A DNA stretch of 64,000 nt from positions 434,001 to 498,000 of the forward strand of contig AP026123.1 of assembly GCA_030295235.1 (NCBI GenBank), given 5' to 3'. Position 1 is the stretch's first letter, and each line of letters opens with the position of its first letter. The position numbers and the translations under genes are program-made. Source of the stretch: Fistulifera solaris (Eukaryota). The notes beneath the pieces are model-generated. The model worked only from the letters and a program-made list of their open reading frames with translations, ran no database searches and had not been told where the DNA came from. Shown in pieces: positions 62,849-64,000 of this stretch.

Positions 62849-64000
62849 ATGCCTCGATCCACGGAATTGGTGTCGCCGTCCGCATCGCAACCCGCCGCCG
62901 AAACGGTGACACCGAATCCTCACAAAGAAGATGAATGGTTGCTCATGTGTCGCTGTGAGTCAGCTCGAGCGGTCGTGACTTTATTGCAGTCGCTCGAATC
63001 GATTACCAAGACGCGCAAGGCCGTGCAGCCCGTCACCGTTTTTTGCAGTCCGAGTAATCTCACCTTTCACGTACAAGGAGCGACCAAACAGCTCCAGGCT
63101 TCCATCGACATGCAATCTACCATGTTTTCCGAGTATCGGGTTCAAGCGGATCATCGCGACGACGAAACGGAGGACTGGCAAGCGGGTGGGGAATTTTCGG
63201 TCAATTTGACTTCCATACTGGAATGCTTGCAGCTTTTAGGAAACAACCCCGGAATTCAATTGACTTTTTCGTATAACTTGACGCATGAGGTGCTGAAAAT
63301 TGAGTTGCTGCAGGATACGGTTTTGTGCACGGCGGCTATCCCGGGAATGGATTTACCGGCCGATCACACAAATCCGTCTTTGGTCAAAGCGTTTGGCGAT
63401 TCTCCTATCGCGGCACGAATCATCATGATGTCGAATACATTGCAGCATATTACAACCGAGTTGCAACTTGTTTCGGGTGCCACTGTGGCCACGGTTTCCT
63501 TGACAGAGAAAGAAGGGTGGGTAGTGGCCGTAGTCGGACATTTAGGCGAATGTCTCTTATCCATCCCCGCGCACGGGAGTCATGTGATTAATCTCGAGAT
63601 CAATGACCCACAACATTCGTGCTACTCGTACCCGCTATCGTCGCTTCTGGCTAGTCTGAAAGGATTGGATATTGCACAAGAAACTTGTATCACAATCAAT
63701 TCTATTGGGATGATGGCTATACAGCATCAAATTCTCGACCCTTCGGTGGGCGGCGAGAGTCCGAGTTTCATTGACTTTATTCTTTGCAGCTTGAGGGATG
63801 ACGACGAAAATGATGACGAAGAATCTCGTCGGTCCTTATTCTCCCGTCCTTTGAGCCAAGGATCGCCCACGCAACACAGTCAGCGTTTAGTTGATCTTCA
63901 CGATGACGAGTACACCGAGCGATCTCGAGCTTCCCAGAGTAGACGGAGCACGACCGATAGGCGTCTTTCCATACAATTGACAAGTCAAGCCGCTGCTGTT
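62849..64000 (+). CDS. RAD1: RAD1 subunit of the 9-1-1 checkpoint clamp (PCNA-like); open to the window end
   Basis: Manual translation from ATG 62849: LQASIDMQSTMFSEY, FSVNLTSILECLQLLG, VGHLGEC, YSYPLSSL...LDIAQETCITINSIGMMAIQHQI...FIDFI, then an acidic tail. Confidence 0.8.
   Translation, partial: MPRSTELVSPSASQPAAETVTPNPHKEDEWLLMCRCESARAVVTLLQSLESITKTRKAVQPVTVFCSPSNLTFHVQGATKQLQASIDMQSTMFSEYRVQADHRDDETEDWQAGGEFSVNLTSILECLQLLGNNPGIQLTFSYNLTHEVLKIELLQDTVLCTAAIPGMDLPADHTNPSLVKAFGDSPIAARIIMMSNTLQHITTELQLVSGATVATVSLTEKEGWVVAVVGHLGECLLSIPAHGSHVINLEINDPQHSCYSYPLSSLLASLKGLDIAQETCITINSIGMMAIQHQILDPSVGGESPSFIDFILCSLRDDDENDDEESRRSLFSRPLSQGSPTQHSQRLVDLHDDEYTERSRASQSRRSTTDRRLSIQLTSQAAAV

Noticed and set aside
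17348..64000. Functional cluster of genome-maintenance genes (SEN1-like, CENP-S, CDKA, CTNNBL1, RAD1)
   Set aside because: They are scattered among unrelated genes over 45 kb, as expected by chance in a compact genome.
1..64000. tRNA, rRNA or other structured RNA genes
   Set aside because: None recognised by eye. tRNAscan-SE or Infernal would be needed to exclude them.

Overview
Gene-dense eukaryotic nuclear DNA, almost certainly from a diatom. Evidence: short GT-AG introns (60-122 bp), bipartite ASAF-type plastid presequences, diatom-style HSF/PPR/kinase/GPCR families and a CoDi-like Ty1/copia element. About 29 protein-coding genes are recognisable, including HSF (partial), a PPR protein, LCB1, a kinase, PRUNE/PPX, DUF177, trypsin, a SEN1-like helicase, CENP-S, Mpv17, two RING proteins, GlnRS, a ferric reductase, CDKA, a sulfotransferase, a GPCR, a TLC protein, CTNNBL1, an MFS transporter and RAD1 (partial). 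Many genes, including essential ones, are broken by single-base indels in homopolymers, which looks like long-read assembly error. Most interesting: (1) a young 7.8-kb copia element (43174-50972) with non-canonical AGT...ACT LTR ends, a 5-bp TSD and a PBS overlapping the LTR. Its gag TGA is followed in frame by a strong hairpin and a hydrophobic segment leading toward pol (candidate stop-codon readthrough), and it is inserted into an ABHD14-like hydrolase gene. (2) Two arrays of a palindromic 15-mer phased at ~52 bp, one organised as a 208-bp higher-order repeat. (3) A recurrent intergenic dyad, CRYGACTG-N5-NAGTCAYG. (4) A GlnRS with a CysRS-like C-terminal tail. All family calls are motif recognition by eye, not database searches.
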